A DNA stretch of 64,000 nucleotides from an uncultured Chloroflexia bacterium (GCA_963749705.1 CAVVNQ010000008.1:1-64000); one strand, 5' to 3'. Positions 1-14,590 are shown, counted from the first letter of the stretch. A program made the numbers and translations. Notes: a model not told the origin generated them from the letters alone.

Positions 1-1
1 G

Positions 2-574
2 TCATAGCTTTTCGACCTGGAGGAAGTCGAGCTCCACCGGCGTCTCCCGGCCGAAGATGCTGACCAGGACCTTGAGCTTGTTGCGCTCGGGGTTGACCTC
101 GTCGACGGTGCCGATGAACTCCGCGAACGGACCGTCCGTGACCCGCACGCTCTGGCCCTTGATGAACGCGACCCGGAACTTGGGCGTCTCGACGCCCATG
201 TGCCGCAGGATCTGCTTCACCTCGGTCTCGTCGAGGGGGATCGGCTCGCTGCGCATGCCGGGGATGTTGCCGCTGCCGACGAAGCTGGTCACGCCGGGCG
301 TGTTGCGGACCACGAACCACGACTCCGGGTCGAGGATCATCTCCACCAGCACGTAGCCCGGGTAGACCTTCTTCTGGACGGTGTGCCGCTGGCCCTGGCG
401 GATCTCGATCTCGTCCTCCATCGGGACGAGGACCTGGAAGATCTTGTCCTCCATGCCCATCGACTCGATGCGGTGCTCGAGGTTCGCCTTGACCTTGTTC
501 TCGTAGCCCGAGTAGGTGTGGATCACGTACCAGCGCTTCTCGGGCGCCTTGTTCGCGGTCAGCTGCTCGGTCAT
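2..574 (-). CDS. nusG: Transcription termination/antitermination factor NusG
   Basis: [18 protein letters not shown] domain and KOW end ([14 protein letters not shown]); ATG at 574 overlaps the secE stop. Confidence 0.97.
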   Translation of the reverse strand: MTEQLTANKAPEKRWYVIHTYSGYENKVKANLEHRIESMGMEDKIFQVLVPMEDEIEIRQGQRHTVQKKVYPGYVLVEMILDPESWFVVRNTPGVTSFVGSGNIPGMRSEPIPLDETEVKQILRHMGVETPKFRVAFIKGQSVRVTDGPFAEFIGTVDEVNPERNKLKVLVSIFGRETPVELDFLQVEKL

Positions 575-762
575 GCCGTCAGGCTCGTGAGGAACTTGAC
601 CACCTGGTCGTACCCCGTATCGGCGACCGTGATGTACAGCCCGACCACGAACGAGATCAGGAACACCAGGACCGTCAGGTTGCGCACCTGGATGCGATTG
701 GGCCACGAGACCTTCTTGAGCTCGGACCATGATTCGTCAATGAAGCGGCGAAGTCGGTTCAC
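571..762 (-). CDS. secE: Preprotein translocase subunit SecE
   Basis: ELKKVSWP motif plus one TM helix; lies between tRNA-Trp and nusG. Confidence 0.95.
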   Translation of the reverse strand: MNRLRRFIDESWSELKKVSWPNRIQVRNLTVLVFLISFVVGLYITVADTGYDQVVKFLTSLTA

Positions 763-789
763 GGATGCCTTTTCAGCGCTCGGTGGTGA

Positions 790-865
790 TGGCAGGGGCG
801 ATAGGACTCGAACCTACAACAACCGGTTTTGGAGACCGGTGCTCTGCCAATTGAGCTACGCCCCT
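790..865 (-). tRNA. tRNA-Trp(CCA)
   Basis: Cloverleaf with anticodon loop CTCCAAA, GTTCGA T-loop and encoded CCA. Confidence 0.96.
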
Positions 866-884
866 GCGATGGCCGGCCAGCTGG

Positions 885-1049
885 CTACTTGGCCTCCCGG
901 TGCAGCGTGTGGCGCCGCTCCCGGGGACAGTACTTGAGCAGCTCGATCCGGTTGGGATCGTTCTTCTTGTTCTTGCGCGTCGTGTAGTTGCGCGTCTTGC
1001 ACTCGGTGCAGGCCAGCTGGATCGCCGGGCGCGCCTCGACTCGTGCCAT
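885..1049 (-). CDS. rpmG: 50S ribosomal protein L33 (not in the ORF track)
   Basis: Manual translation [54 protein letters not shown]. Confidence 0.96.
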   Translation of the reverse strand: MARVEARPAIQLACTECKTRNYTTRKNKKNDPNRIELLKYCPRERRHTLHREAK

Positions 1050-1058
1050 GTCGTCTCG

Positions 1059-2255
<1,197 letters not shown>

Positions 2256-2320
2256 AGGACCTTCTCACTCCAGGGCTTGGGCGGTGCTGACCGCCTGGAT
2301 GGACCGGGATCGGCGAGGGA

Positions 2321-2396
2321 TGGAGCCCAGAACGGGATTCGAACCCGTGACCTCATCCTTACCAAGGATGTGCTCTGCCAGCTGAGCTATCTGGGC
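2321..2396 (-). tRNA. tRNA-Thr(GGT)
   Basis: Cloverleaf with loop TTGGTAA and CCA end. Confidence 0.96.
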
Positions 2397-2450
2397 CCGC
2401 TGGACGCAGGTCGGCGGCCGATCCACGTCCGTTGAGGCGTTGCTTGTCGA

Positions 2451-2526
2451 TGGAGCCGACGACGGGACTCGAACCCGGAACCGGCGGTTTACAAAACCGC
2501 TGCTCTACCAATTGAGCTACGTCGGC
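2451..2526 (-). tRNA. tRNA-Thr(TGT)
   Basis: Cloverleaf with loop TTTGTAA and CCA end. Confidence 0.96.
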
Positions 2527-2595
2527 ACGCGCGCAGCGTCAAACAAGAGTAGGACTCCGCGAGCCGGGGAATGATACGGCCCGCCAGCCGACGCG

Positions 2596-4416
2596 TCAAA
2601 CCTCCGGCGGTCCCGTCGAGGGTGTCGGCGACGGGCCTTCGGCGGCGTCCTGGGGCGGGTCCGTGGCGTCATCCGGCGACGGGCGCGCGATCGCGTCCGC
2701 CTCGCCACTGGTCGGGGCGCCGGGCAGGAGCTCCTCGTCTGCGAGCGGCGCCGGCTCGGGATCCGGGGCCGTGGCGCGCGGACGGGTCGTCCGCGGCTTG
2801 CGGGTCCGGGCGGGTCGAGGCCCGGTCCCCGGCGGCTCGGTCGACTCGCCCGCGACGGCGTCGGTGGGCTCGCCGGCCGGCTCCGTGTCGGCCGCCGGGG
2901 CGGCCTCGGGCAGGCCACGCTGCGCGGCGGCCTCGTACAGCAGGATCGAGCCCGCGACCGAGGCGTTGAGCAATTCGATCCGGCCATGCATCGGAATGCG
3001 AACCAGCAGGTCGCAGCGACGCCGGACGGCAGGGCCGAGCCCGCGTCCCTCGCTGCCGACGACGATCGCGATCGGGCCGCGCAGGTCGGCCTCGCGTGCG
3101 GACAGCAGCGCATCGCCATCGGCGCCCACGATGCGCAATCCGCGCGCGTGGAGGTCGGCGAGCGATCCCGGCAGGTCATCGACGGGGGCCAGGCGGAGAT
3201 GCTCGACCGCGCCCGCGGAGGCCTTGACCGCGGCCGGCGTGAGCGGCGCCTGGCGGCGCGTCGGGAAGATCGCCCCGTGGACGCCCGATGCCTCCGCGCT
3301 GCGGAGCAGGGTGCCGACGTTCTGGGGGTCCTCGAGCGAGTCGAGCACGAGGACGAGCGGCGGCTCCGCCCGCACCGCGGCAACCGCGAGGATGTCGTCC
3401 AGTCCCGCCCACTGGCGCGGCGCCACCACCAGGGCGACGCCCTGGTGGCCATCGAACCCGGCGATCGCGGTCAGCGACCCACCCTCGACCTCGACCACCG
3501 GGATCCGCAGGCTCGTGGCGTGGAGCACGAGCTTCTCGAGCGCGAGCCGGCGCTGGGGCACGACGAGCAGCCGCTTCGCTTCGCGCCGCGCGACGAACGC
3601 CTCCTCCACGGGACGACGGCCGGCGACCAGCTCCTCGCCCTCCGCGAGCTCGAGGATCTCGGGCGAGTCGGTGGGCGGCCGGTACGATCGACCCTGGTCG
3701 CCGCGATCCTGCCACGGGCGGGGTCCCGGGCGGCCGGGCCGCTGGTGCGGCCGATCGGCACCCTCCCAGGGTCGCGCCGGCCTGGAGTCCCATGCGCGCG
3801 CCGAGCGCGGGCCGTCAGGCGTCGGGCCACCCGGGGGCGGCGGGTCCGGGCGCCGGTCCGGCGGACGCCCGCCCATCGGGGGTCGGCCCATCGGCGGCCG
3901 GCCCATCGGGCGACGAGGCCGGTCATCCGGGTATTGCGAGCCCGGCGGTCGCGGTCCGCCTTCGGCCTGATGGCGGCGAGGCTCGTCCCATGGTCGGCCG
4001 GTGGGCCGGGTCGGCCGTGGGCCGTCGCCCATGCCGAACCCACGCCGCCCGCCACCGGGGCGGCCCTGCTGGTAGTCGCGCGGACCACGCCGATCGTGCG
4101 GGCCGCGCATGTCGCGCGAGTCCCGGTCGTGCGGGTCGCGCAGGTCGCGCGAGTCCCGGGCGTCGCGCGACTCCCGGTCATCGCGGTCATCGCGGAAGCG
4201 TCCGGGGCCGCCGGCAGGTCCGCGGGGACGGTCGAGGTCCTGCCCTGGCGGCGGCGGCCACGGCCGGCCCGGGGGACGCCGGTCGTCGCGGAACCCACCC
4301 GGTCTCGGGCCACCTGGCCTCGGGCCGCTCGGGCCGCGCCGCGGACCTCCCCCTCGACCAGGCTCGCGGCGCGCCGGGCGCTCGCCGTCGTCGCGGGGCC
4401 CGCGGCGGTCAGTCAC
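2596..4416 (-). CDS. rlmB: 23S rRNA Gm2251 methyltransferase RlmB (SPOUT) with long low-complexity N- and C-terminal extensions
   Basis: HQGV, DPQNVGTLLRSA, GSEGRG and LNASVA SPOUT motifs; GTG start overlapping the cysS stop is inferred. Confidence 0.9.
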   Translation of the reverse strand: MTDRRGPRDDGERPARREPGRGGGPRRGPSGPRPGGPRPGGFRDDRRPPGRPWPPPPGQDLDRPRGPAGGPGRFRDDRDDRESRDARDSRDLRDPHDRDSRDMRGPHDRRGPRDYQQGRPGGGRRGFGMGDGPRPTRPTGRPWDEPRRHQAEGGPRPPGSQYPDDRPRRPMGRPPMGRPPMGGRPPDRRPDPPPPGGPTPDGPRSARAWDSRPARPWEGADRPHQRPGRPGPRPWQDRGDQGRSYRPPTDSPEILELAEGEELVAGRRPVEEAFVARREAKRLLVVPQRRLALEKLVLHATSLRIPVVEVEGGSLTAIAGFDGHQGVALVVAPRQWAGLDDILAVAAVRAEPPLVLVLDSLEDPQNVGTLLRSAEASGVHGAIFPTRRQAPLTPAAVKASAGAVEHLRLAPVDDLPGSLADLHARGLRIVGADGDALLSAREADLRGPIAIVVGSEGRGLGPAVRRRCDLLVRIPMHGRIELLNASVAGSILLYEAAAQRGLPEAAPAADTEPAGEPTDAVAGESTEPPGTGPRPARTRKPRTTRPRATAPDPEPAPLADEELLPGAPTSGEADAIARPSPDDATDPPQDAAEGPSPTPSTGPPEV

Positions 4417-5815
4417 CCGCGCCCACCAGCGGTCTCCACCGCTGCCCGTCGCGCGTGTCCTCGACGGCGATCCCCCTGGCAAGCAGCTCGTCCCGGAGGC
4501 GGTCCGACTCGGCGAAGTCGCGCGCGGCTCGGGCTGCGGCCCGCTGGTCGAGCAGCGCCTGGTGCTCCGGATCGAGCTCCACGACCGGTGCGGCGATGCC
4601 GAGCACCGTATCGAGGTCGCGGATCGTCGCCACCGCCCGAGCGGCATCGGCGGTCGAGAGCGACCGCGCGTCGAGCCGCCGGTTGAGGTCGCGCACGCCC
4701 TGGAACAGCGCGGCGAGCGCCTCGCTCACGTTGAGGTCGTCGTCGAGCGCCTCATCGAACCCCGTCCGCATGGCGTCGAGCACGGCGGGCAGGGACGGAT
4801 CGTCGTCGTGCGCCTCGCGATAGGCGGCGAGCGCGAGGAGCAGGGCATCGATCCGCTCCACCGCGGCCGCGGCAGCCTGGAACGACGCCTCCGAATAGTT
4901 GAGCGGGGTCCGGTAGTGGACCGCGAGCAGCGCGTACCGCAGCGCCCGCGGCGACACGCCCGAGGCAACGACCTCGTCCACGGTCGCGATGTTGCCGACC
5001 GACCGTGCCATCTTCTCGCCGTCCAACCGGAGGTGGGCGTTGTGCAGCCAGGTGCGCACGAACGGCCGGCCCGTGGCGGCCTCCGACTGGGCAAGCTCGT
5101 CCTCGTGATGCGGAAACACGAGGTCCACGCCGCCGGTGTGGATGTCGAACGACTCGCCCAGGTGCGCCATGCTCATCGCGGAGCACTCGATGTGCCAGCC
5201 CGGCCGGCCCGGGCCGATCCGCGTATCCCATGACGGCTCGTCGTCGCGGGGCCCCTTCCAGAGCGCAAAGTCCCGCACGTCGTCCTTGCCGTAGTCGTCG
5301 GTCGCGACCCGCTCGCCGACGCGCATCGCCGCGGGATCAAGCCGCGCGAGCCGCCCGTACGCCGGCCACGACGCGATCCGGAAGAACACCGAGCCGTCGT
5401 CGGTGCGGTAGGCGTGTCCCTTGTCGATGAGCGTGGCCACGAGGTCCGCGATGGGCGCGATATGGTCGGTCGCCCGCGGCAGCACGTCGGGTCGCTGCAT
5501 CCCGAGCAGGTCGGCATCGGCCAGGAACCTGGCCGCCCAGCGGTCGGTGAGCTCGCGAGTGGAGGTCCCTGCGGCCGCCGCGCGCTGGATGATCCGGTCG
5601 TCGATGTCGGTCAGGTTCATGACCCAGGTGACGCGGAGCCCGCGGTGCCGGAGGTGCCGGACCAGGAGGTCCGCGAACAGAAACGCGCGGAAGTTGCCGA
5701 TGTGCGCAGCGCCGTAGACCGTCGGGCCGCAGCTGTAGATGCGGACGTGGCCGGGCTCGATCGGCTCCAGCGGTCGGGTCTCGCCGGTGAGGGTGTCCTG
5801 GAGCCGGATCGTCAT
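4409..5815 (-). CDS. cysS: Cysteine--tRNA ligase
   Basis: [22 protein letters not shown] and KMARS (KMSKS-like) motifs. Confidence 0.98.
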   Translation of the reverse strand: MTIRLQDTLTGETRPLEPIEPGHVRIYSCGPTVYGAAHIGNFRAFLFADLLVRHLRHRGLRVTWVMNLTDIDDRIIQRAAAAGTSTRELTDRWAARFLADADLLGMQRPDVLPRATDHIAPIADLVATLIDKGHAYRTDDGSVFFRIASWPAYGRLARLDPAAMRVGERVATDDYGKDDVRDFALWKGPRDDEPSWDTRIGPGRPGWHIECSAMSMAHLGESFDIHTGGVDLVFPHHEDELAQSEAATGRPFVRTWLHNAHLRLDGEKMARSVGNIATVDEVVASGVSPRALRYALLAVHYRTPLNYSEASFQAAAAAVERIDALLLALAAYREAHDDDPSLPAVLDAMRTGFDEALDDDLNVSEALAALFQGVRDLNRRLDARSLSTADAARAVATIRDLDTVLGIAAPVVELDPEHQALLDQRAAARAARDFAESDRLRDELLARGIAVEDTRDGQRWRPLVGAGD

Positions 5816-7023
5816 GCCCTCCGCTCCACGATGGCGACGGCACGGGCCGACATCGAGCGCCCGGCGCCCTCGTCGCCGGCCAGGTTGCCAGTGGAGGCCT
5901 TGACGTTGACGCTGCCGATCGGCACGCCGAGCAGCGCCGCGATGGCGGCGCGCATGTCGTCCAGCCGGGCGCCCAGCCGCGGGCGGGCGCCGATGATCAC
6001 GAGGTCGACGGATGCCGGGGCCAGGCCCGCCGCGGACAACCGCGACACGACCTCCGTGAGCAGCGACCGGCTGTCGATGCCCCTCGGCGTCGTCGCGTCG
6101 GCCGGGAACAGGCGCCCCAGGTCGCCGAGGCCCGCCGCGCCCAGCAGCGCATCCGCGACGGCGTGGAGCGCGACGTCGCCATCGGAGTGACCGGCCAGGC
6201 GAGGTGCGCCGGCCAGCTCGATCCCGCCCAGCCGCAGCGGCGTCCCGGGCCCGAACGGGTGGCTGTCGTGCCCGAGGCCGATCCGCACTGCCGCCGGGGG
6301 CAGCGCGAGCTCGACGCGCCGGAGATCGTCGGGCAGCGTCACCTTGAGATTCGAGGGCTCACCGGGGATTGCATGGACCGTGATCTTACAGGCCTCGAGC
6401 AGCGCGGCCTCATCCGTGAACTCCGGGGGCCGGTCGGGAGGGTACCGCTGCCATGCGTCGAGGAGCAGCCCGCGGCGCACGCCCTGCGGCGTCTGCGCGG
6501 CCGCCAGCGTCGCGCGATCGACCGTTCCGGCCACGACACCGTCGCCGACCTGCTTGAGCGTCTCGGCGACCGGGACCACGGGGATGGCCGCGCCGTGCGT
6601 CGCGGTTGCTCGGGCCACCGCCGTCACGAGGTCCGACGAGACCAGCGGACGGGCACCGTCGTGGATCAGCATCGGTCGGTCGGGCCGGCCGGGGTCCAGC
6701 GCCTCGATCCGCATCACGCCGGCGGCGACCGATGCCTGCCGGGTCGCGCCGCCGGCGACGACGGCATCGACACGTCGCGGGAGCCAGCCGGCTCGGCTGA
6801 TGTCGTCCACTCGCCCGGGTGCGGTGACGAGGACGAGGCGCGCAACGACCGGCGACGCGGCGATCGCATCGAGCGTCAGGGCGAGCAGCGGGCGTCCACC
6901 GAGGGGCGCCATCAGCTTGTCGGCGCCGCCCATCCGGCGCGAGCTGCCGGCGGCGACCACCACCACGTCGGCGCGAAGCTCCTCGCCGTCGACGAGGAGC
7001 CCGTCGCGTGGTTCGCCGGCCAC
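5812..7023 (-). CDS. ispDF: Bifunctional IspD/IspF
   Basis: AAGSSRRMG, HDGARP and QTPQ (IspD); GHDSH and GHSDGDV..HA (IspF). Confidence 0.95.
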   Translation of the reverse strand: MAGEPRDGLLVDGEELRADVVVVAAGSSRRMGGADKLMAPLGGRPLLALTLDAIAASPVVARLVLVTAPGRVDDISRAGWLPRRVDAVVAGGATRQASVAAGVMRIEALDPGRPDRPMLIHDGARPLVSSDLVTAVARATATHGAAIPVVPVAETLKQVGDGVVAGTVDRATLAAAQTPQGVRRGLLLDAWQRYPPDRPPEFTDEAALLEACKITVHAIPGEPSNLKVTLPDDLRRVELALPPAAVRIGLGHDSHPFGPGTPLRLGGIELAGAPRLAGHSDGDVALHAVADALLGAAGLGDLGRLFPADATTPRGIDSRSLLTEVVSRLSAAGLAPASVDLVIIGARPRLGARLDDMRAAIAALLGVPIGSVNVKASTGNLAGDEGAGRSMSARAVAIVERRA

Positions 7024-7024
7024 C

Positions 7025-8080
7025 CTAGTCGAGGCGCGGCTGCGCGAAGATCATTCGCCCGGCCACCGTCTGGAGGACGCGGGTGACGGACACGTCGACG
7101 TCCCGGTCGATGAGCCGTGCGCCGCCCTCGACCACGATCATCGTGCCGTCGTCGAGGAACCCGACGCCCTGGCCCGCCTCCTTGCCCTCCTGGATCACCT
7201 TGACGTGGAGCTCCTCGCCGGGCAGGACCGCGGGCTTGACCGCGTTCGCGAGCGAGTTGATGTTCATGACCCGGACGCCCTGGAGCTCGGCGACCCGGTT
7301 GAGGTTGAAGTCGTTGGTGAGCACGACGTGGCTGCGTCGCTTGGCCAGCTCGACCAGCTTGGCGTCGACCTCGGCAACCATCGGCGCCTCGTCCTCGACG
7401 ACCTCGACCGGCGTCCGCTGGTCGCGCTGCATCCGGTTGAGGATCTCCAACCCGCGCCGGCCCCGGTTCCGCCGCAGGGTGTCGGATGAATCGGCGATGT
7501 GCTGCAGCTCGTCGAGCACGAACCGCGGCACCACGAGGGTGCCGTAGATGAAGCCGGATTCCACGATCTCGGCGATCCGCCCGTCGATCAGGACGCTGGT
7601 GTCGACGACGATCCGCGGCTCACCGGCGCGGTCCTCGGCATCCGCACCCGGGCGCCGGACCAGGCCAGCACCCTCGGCGGCCGCGATGAGGTCGAACCGC
7701 TTGGCGACGGTGAGGCCCATCATGCCGAGGCCCATGAACAGCGACACCCCGAGCGGGAGCCAGGTCCCGAGCGATCCCTCGATGTTCGACAGCGGCAGGC
7801 CGAGCAGAAGGCCGAGCAGGAGCCCGAGCAGGAGGCCCAGAACGGCGGCGACGAACTCGGCCGTCGACAGCTCCTGGACCCGGCTGATCATCCAGCCCGC
7901 GGGCACGATCGTGAGATACGGCAGGATCGCGAAGCCGACGATGAGCCACGCGATCGTCCACGCCGCCAGGATGAACCCGGCGTATGCGACGTCCGTGAAC
8001 AGCCCGGTGCCGATCGCCGCAAGACCGAGCCCGACGAACGCGCCGAGCGCGGCTCCCAGGACCCGGATCGTCCGAATCAC
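7025..8080 (-). CDS. Membrane-anchored PIN/TRAM domain protein (YacL-like)
   Basis: N-terminal TM helices; DTSVLIDGRI, TNDFNLN and GKE..QGVGFLDDGTM motifs. Confidence 0.93.
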   Translation of the reverse strand: MIRTIRVLGAALGAFVGLGLAAIGTGLFTDVAYAGFILAAWTIAWLIVGFAILPYLTIVPAGWMISRVQELSTAEFVAAVLGLLLGLLLGLLLGLPLSNIEGSLGTWLPLGVSLFMGLGMMGLTVAKRFDLIAAAEGAGLVRRPGADAEDRAGEPRIVVDTSVLIDGRIAEIVESGFIYGTLVVPRFVLDELQHIADSSDTLRRNRGRRGLEILNRMQRDQRTPVEVVEDEAPMVAEVDAKLVELAKRRSHVVLTNDFNLNRVAELQGVRVMNINSLANAVKPAVLPGEELHVKVIQEGKEAGQGVGFLDDGTMIVVEGGARLIDRDVDVSVTRVLQTVAGRMIFAQPRLD

Positions 8081-8181
8081 GCGTCTCCTCGATGGCTGCG
8101 CCCGGATCGCCGTTCCCGGTCGTGCACGGCGCGGGCCGAGCCTAGCACGCGGTGGAGGCGATCCGCAGCGGGCCCGGAGCG

Positions 8182-9589
8182 TCAGGCGCCGCGGCGCGAC
8201 GTGGCAGGTTCGCCCAGCGCGGCCTGGATGGCCTGGGCGAGCGAGCCCGCGATCACCACGTCCACGCCAGTGATGCTCGGCAGGTCACGACCATGGGGTC
8301 GCGGCACGATCGCGCGCGTGAAGCCCAGCCTCGCGGCCTCCCGCAGGCGACGGTCGAGCCCGCCCACCGAGCGGAGCTCGCCCAGCAGCCCCACCTCGCC
8401 GATCGCAACCGTGCCCTGGACCAGCGGCCGGTCGCGGAGCGAGGAGGCGAGGGCGAGGGCGAGCGGCAGGTCCAGCCCGGGTTCGGTCACCGTCAGGCCG
8501 CCGGCCAGGTTCGCATACACGTCGTGCCCGGCGAGCCCGATGCCCGCCCGGCGGCCGAGGACCGCCACCAGGAGCGCGAGGCGGTTGGGATCGACACCCG
8601 ACGCCGTCCGCCGCGGCGACGGCGCACCCGTCGGCGCGACCAGCGCCTGGACCTCGACGAGCAGCGGGCGGGACCCTTCGAGGACCGGCGCGACGACGCT
8701 GCCGGGCGCCGGCGCGTCATGCTCGGCCAGGAAGGCGCGGGCGGGGTCGGCGACCTCGTCCAGGCCGCGCTCCCCCATCTCGAACACGCCGACCTCCTCC
8801 GTGGACCCGTAGCGGTTCTTCGCGGCGCGCAGCAGCCGCAGACCGCCGGTGCGGTCGCCCTCGATGGACAGCACGACGTCGACCAGGTGCTCGAGGGTCT
8901 TGGGGCCGGCCAGGGTGCCGTCCTTGGTCACGTGGCCCACGAGGACGATCGGGATCCCCTCGGCCTTGGCCAGGTCCATCAGGCGCAGCGTGGACTCCCG
9001 CACCTGCCCCACGCTCCCCGGCGGCCCGTCGAGGTCGTCCGAGGCGACGGTCTGGACCGAGTCGATGATCAGCAACCCCGGCTGCAATGTCCGGGCGAGC
9101 TCGACGATCCGGCCGACCTCGGTCTCGGCGACCACGCGGATGAGGTCGCCGGCGATCCCCGTGGTGAGCCCCATCCGCGCCGCACGCAGGCGGACCTGGC
9201 TCGTCAATTCCTCGCCGGTCGCGTAGAGCACCGGGCTCGCGGCGCCATCACCGGCAACCCCGGCGGCAACCTGGAGGACGAGCGTGGACTTCCCGATCCC
9301 CGGCTCGCCGCCGAGCAGCACGACCGAGCCGGCAACGAGCCCGCCGCCCAGCACGCGGTCCAGCTCGCCGATCCGGACGGACCGGCGGGTCTCGCCGCCG
9401 GGCGACGCCTCGGACAGCGGGACGGGCGCGGCGGGCGGCGCCCGCCGGCGCGGGAGTGCGTCGTGGCTCGTCGCGGACGACCGTCTCGACCAGGGTGTTC
9501 CATTCGCCGCAGGTGCGGCACTGGCCCTCCCAGCGGAGGACGGCGGTGCCACACGACTGGCACACGTAGCGGCTCTGCGCGCGGGCCAC
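8182..9589 (-). CDS. radA: DNA repair protein RadA/Sms, split by one frameshift near 9430-9460
   Basis: Zn finger CQSC..CRTC in the 9248..9589 frame; GEPGIGKST, KNRYG and Lon-like C-terminus in the 8182..9552 frame. Confidence 0.88.
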
Positions 9590-9610
9590 GGGCGGCGCTC
9601 CGCGCGGCCG

Positions 9611-12088
<2,478 letters not shown>

Positions 12089-12343
12089 CCGGTCGAGCTC
12101 GTTCTCCTTGGTCGCGAGGCGACCTTCGGGCCATCCTAGCACCCTATCCCGTGCGGAGCGACAAGCCGGGAGGGTGCTTGCCGGGTACCCGAAAGGACCC
12201 CAGCGCATACCTGGTGTTCGTCCGTGGCGCCGGTTCGGATCCGTGCCCGAAACCGGCGACGGGGCGGGAATCGAGATGACCCACCGGGATCGGTGGGTCA
12301 TCTCGTCGTCTGGTGCGTGTCCCGGACGCGGTCCGGGCCGGGG

Positions 12344-14590
12344 TCAGGCCTTGTCGGCCTCGGGGTCGGCGACGGCCTCAGCCTCGGGCTCGGGGGCCGT
12401 CTCGGCGACGGCTTCGGGCTCGGATGCGGCCTCCTGCTCGGCTTCCGCGACCACCGCCGGCTCGGGCTCGACGGCCGTTTCGGGCTTGGCGGCCGTTTCG
12501 GGCTCGACGGCAGCTTCCGCCTCGGGCTCGGGTGCGGCCTCTGCCGTCTCGGGCTCGGGGGCCGTCTCGACGACGGCTTCGGGCTCGGGTGCGGCCTGCG
12601 CCGTCTCGGGCTCGGCGGCAACTTCGGCGGCCGCTTCGGGCTCGGGCGCAGCCTCGGCCGTCTCGGGCTCCGGTGCCGTCTCGACGACGGCTTCGGGTTC
12701 CGAACCGGCCGCGGCCTCGGCCTGCGGGACGTCCTCGGCGACCGCAGCGGCCTCCGGGGCATCTCCGTCGGCCGTGGCAGCCTCGGCTGCGGCCAGCTGG
12801 TCGCGGACCTGTGCGAAGGCCGCGGCGAGCGTCGTGTCGATCCCGCCCTCGGGCTCCGAGAGCGCATCGGAGGCGGCGTAGCTCCGGTCCGGGCGCTCGC
12901 GGCGGTCTCGCCGCTCGCGGCGCTCGGCACCACTCGCCGCCGGCGCGGTGCCGGGTGCGGGCATGGTGCGGACCGGCGGTTCCTCGGCCTGCTTGAGGCT
13001 GAGGCCCAGGCGATGCCGCTCCGAGTCGAGGCTGATGATCTTGAGCTTGAGGACCTGGCCCTCGTGGACGACATCACCCGGGTGGGCGACGCGCTGGTGC
13101 GAGAGCTCGCTGATGTGGATGAGGCCCTCGAGTCCCTCGCGGACCCGGACGAACGCCCCGAAGTTGACGAGCTTGGTGACCGTCCCGTCGATGACGTCGC
13201 CGACGTTGAAGTCCGCGACCGTCGACTCCCACGGGTCGGGCTGCAGGCGGCGGATCGACAGGCTGATCCGGCCGCGCTCGTGATTGATGTCGATGACCTC
13301 GGCCTCGACCTCGTCACCGACCTTGTAGCCGGCCTCCGGATTGTTGACCTTGTTCCACGAGAGCTCGCTCTTGTGGACCAGGCCGTCGATCCCGCCGAGG
13401 TCGATGAAGATGCCGAAGGGTGCGATCGACCGGACGTTGCCGGTGACCTTCTGGTTCACCTGGAGGCTGCTGAACAGCTCGTCCCGCTTCTCGCGGCGCT
13501 CCTCGTACAGGGCAACCTTCTCGGACAGGATGAGCCGGTTGGCCTTGCGGTTGACCTCGAGGATCTTGAGCCGGAGCTTGCGGCCGATGTACGGCTGCAG
13601 CTTTTCGGCGATCTCCTGGGCGGCGTCGCGCGGCTGCTCGTTCTGTGGGCGGCGCGGGAAGTCGACGATCTGGCTGATCGGCACGAACCCGCGGATGCCG
13701 CAGTCGACGATCAGCCCGCCCTTGTTGTGGTCGATGACCGGGGCATCGATGATCGTGCCTGCCTCGAACAGCTCCTGCATCGAGCGCCACTTGCGCTCGA
13801 GGCCTGCGCGGCGAAGCGACAGGACGACGTGGCCCTCGGGCGACTCCGGCTGGAGCACGTAGACGAGCACCGTGTCGCCGATGTTGAGCACCGGCTGCGT
13901 CTCGGCGTGCCGGCCGTAGAGCTCGCGGTTGCTGACCACGCCCTCCGACTTGGCGCCGATGTCGACGAGCATCTCGTCCTTGTCGATCCGGACGACGGTG
14001 CCCTCGACGACGTCTCCGTGCTTGAAGCTCTTGATGTCCGAGTCCTGCTCGGCGAGGAGCTCCTCCATCGTGGTCGGCTCGGGGCCGGTCGGTCGCACGG
14101 GCGCAGGCGGCGCGGCCACCACGTCCTCGGTGACCGTCGGCGCCGCCGGTGCCGCGTCGGCGTCGGCCGCGGGGGTCACGGCCGCAGGGGCCTCGGCCGC
14201 GGGGGCCTCGGCCGCCGGAGCGGGCTCATCGGCTCCGGGCTCAGCCACCGAGGTGGCTTCGGGCTCGGCGGCTCCGGCTTCGGGCTCTGCCACGGGTGCG
14301 GTGGCGGCCGGCGCCGTTTCGGTCGGAGTCGGTTCGGTCTCGGCCTCCGGGGTCGTGGCCTCCGCCGACGGTCCGTCCGCGGCGGCGGGCTCTGCGACAG
14401 CTGACTCGGCAGTGGCGCCATCCGCGGATCCGGTGGCTTCCGCAGCGTCGATGTCGTTCGGCCTGGTCTCGGAGGTGGCGGGCTCGTCGGCGACGGCGAT
14501 CGCCGCGACGGTCTCCTCGGACGCCGGGGTATCGGTGGAGGCGACGGCCTCCAGCGCCGGCGCGGTCCCGCCCTGCTGTTCTTCGGTCAA
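12344..14590 (-). CDS. rpsA: 30S ribosomal protein S1 (four S1 domains) with acidic low-complexity termini
   Basis: VDIGAKSEG, GFVPISQ, DGLVHKSELSW and EGLIHISEL S1 repeats; TTG start after SD AGGAGA is inferred. Confidence 0.9.
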   Translation of the reverse strand: MTEEQQGGTAPALEAVASTDTPASEETVAAIAVADEPATSETRPNDIDAAEATGSADGATAESAVAEPAAADGPSAEATTPEAETEPTPTETAPAATAPVAEPEAGAAEPEATSVAEPGADEPAPAAEAPAAEAPAAVTPAADADAAPAAPTVTEDVVAAPPAPVRPTGPEPTTMEELLAEQDSDIKSFKHGDVVEGTVVRIDKDEMLVDIGAKSEGVVSNRELYGRHAETQPVLNIGDTVLVYVLQPESPEGHVVLSLRRAGLERKWRSMQELFEAGTIIDAPVIDHNKGGLIVDCGIRGFVPISQIVDFPRRPQNEQPRDAAQEIAEKLQPYIGRKLRLKILEVNRKANRLILSEKVALYEERREKRDELFSSLQVNQKVTGNVRSIAPFGIFIDLGGIDGLVHKSELSWNKVNNPEAGYKVGDEVEAEVIDINHERGRISLSIRRLQPDPWESTVADFNVGDVIDGTVTKLVNFGAFVRVREGLEGLIHISELSHQRVAHPGDVVHEGQVLKLKIISLDSERHRLGLSLKQAEEPPVRTMPAPGTAPAASGAERRERRDRRERPDRSYAASDALSEPEGGIDTTLAAAFAQVRDQLAAAEAATADGDAPEAAAVAEDVPQAEAAAGSEPEAVVETAPEPETAEAAPEPEAAAEVAAEPETAQAAPEPEAVVETAPEPETAEAAPEPEAEAAVEPETAAKPETAVEPEPAVVAEAEQEAASEPEAVAETAPEPEAEAVADPEADKA
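12350..12710 (-). repeat. Imperfect coding tandem repeat of about 30 bp (EPE-A/T-x-E-T/A-AP units) in the rpsA C-terminus
   Basis: Recurring gccgtctcgggctc and ggcttcgggctcgg units; peptide EPEAVVETAPEPETAEAAPEPEA occurs twice. Confidence 0.85.

Noticed and set aside
12350-12710. CRISPR-like periodic repeats
   Set aside because: They are degenerate in-frame coding repeats without unique spacers or cas genes
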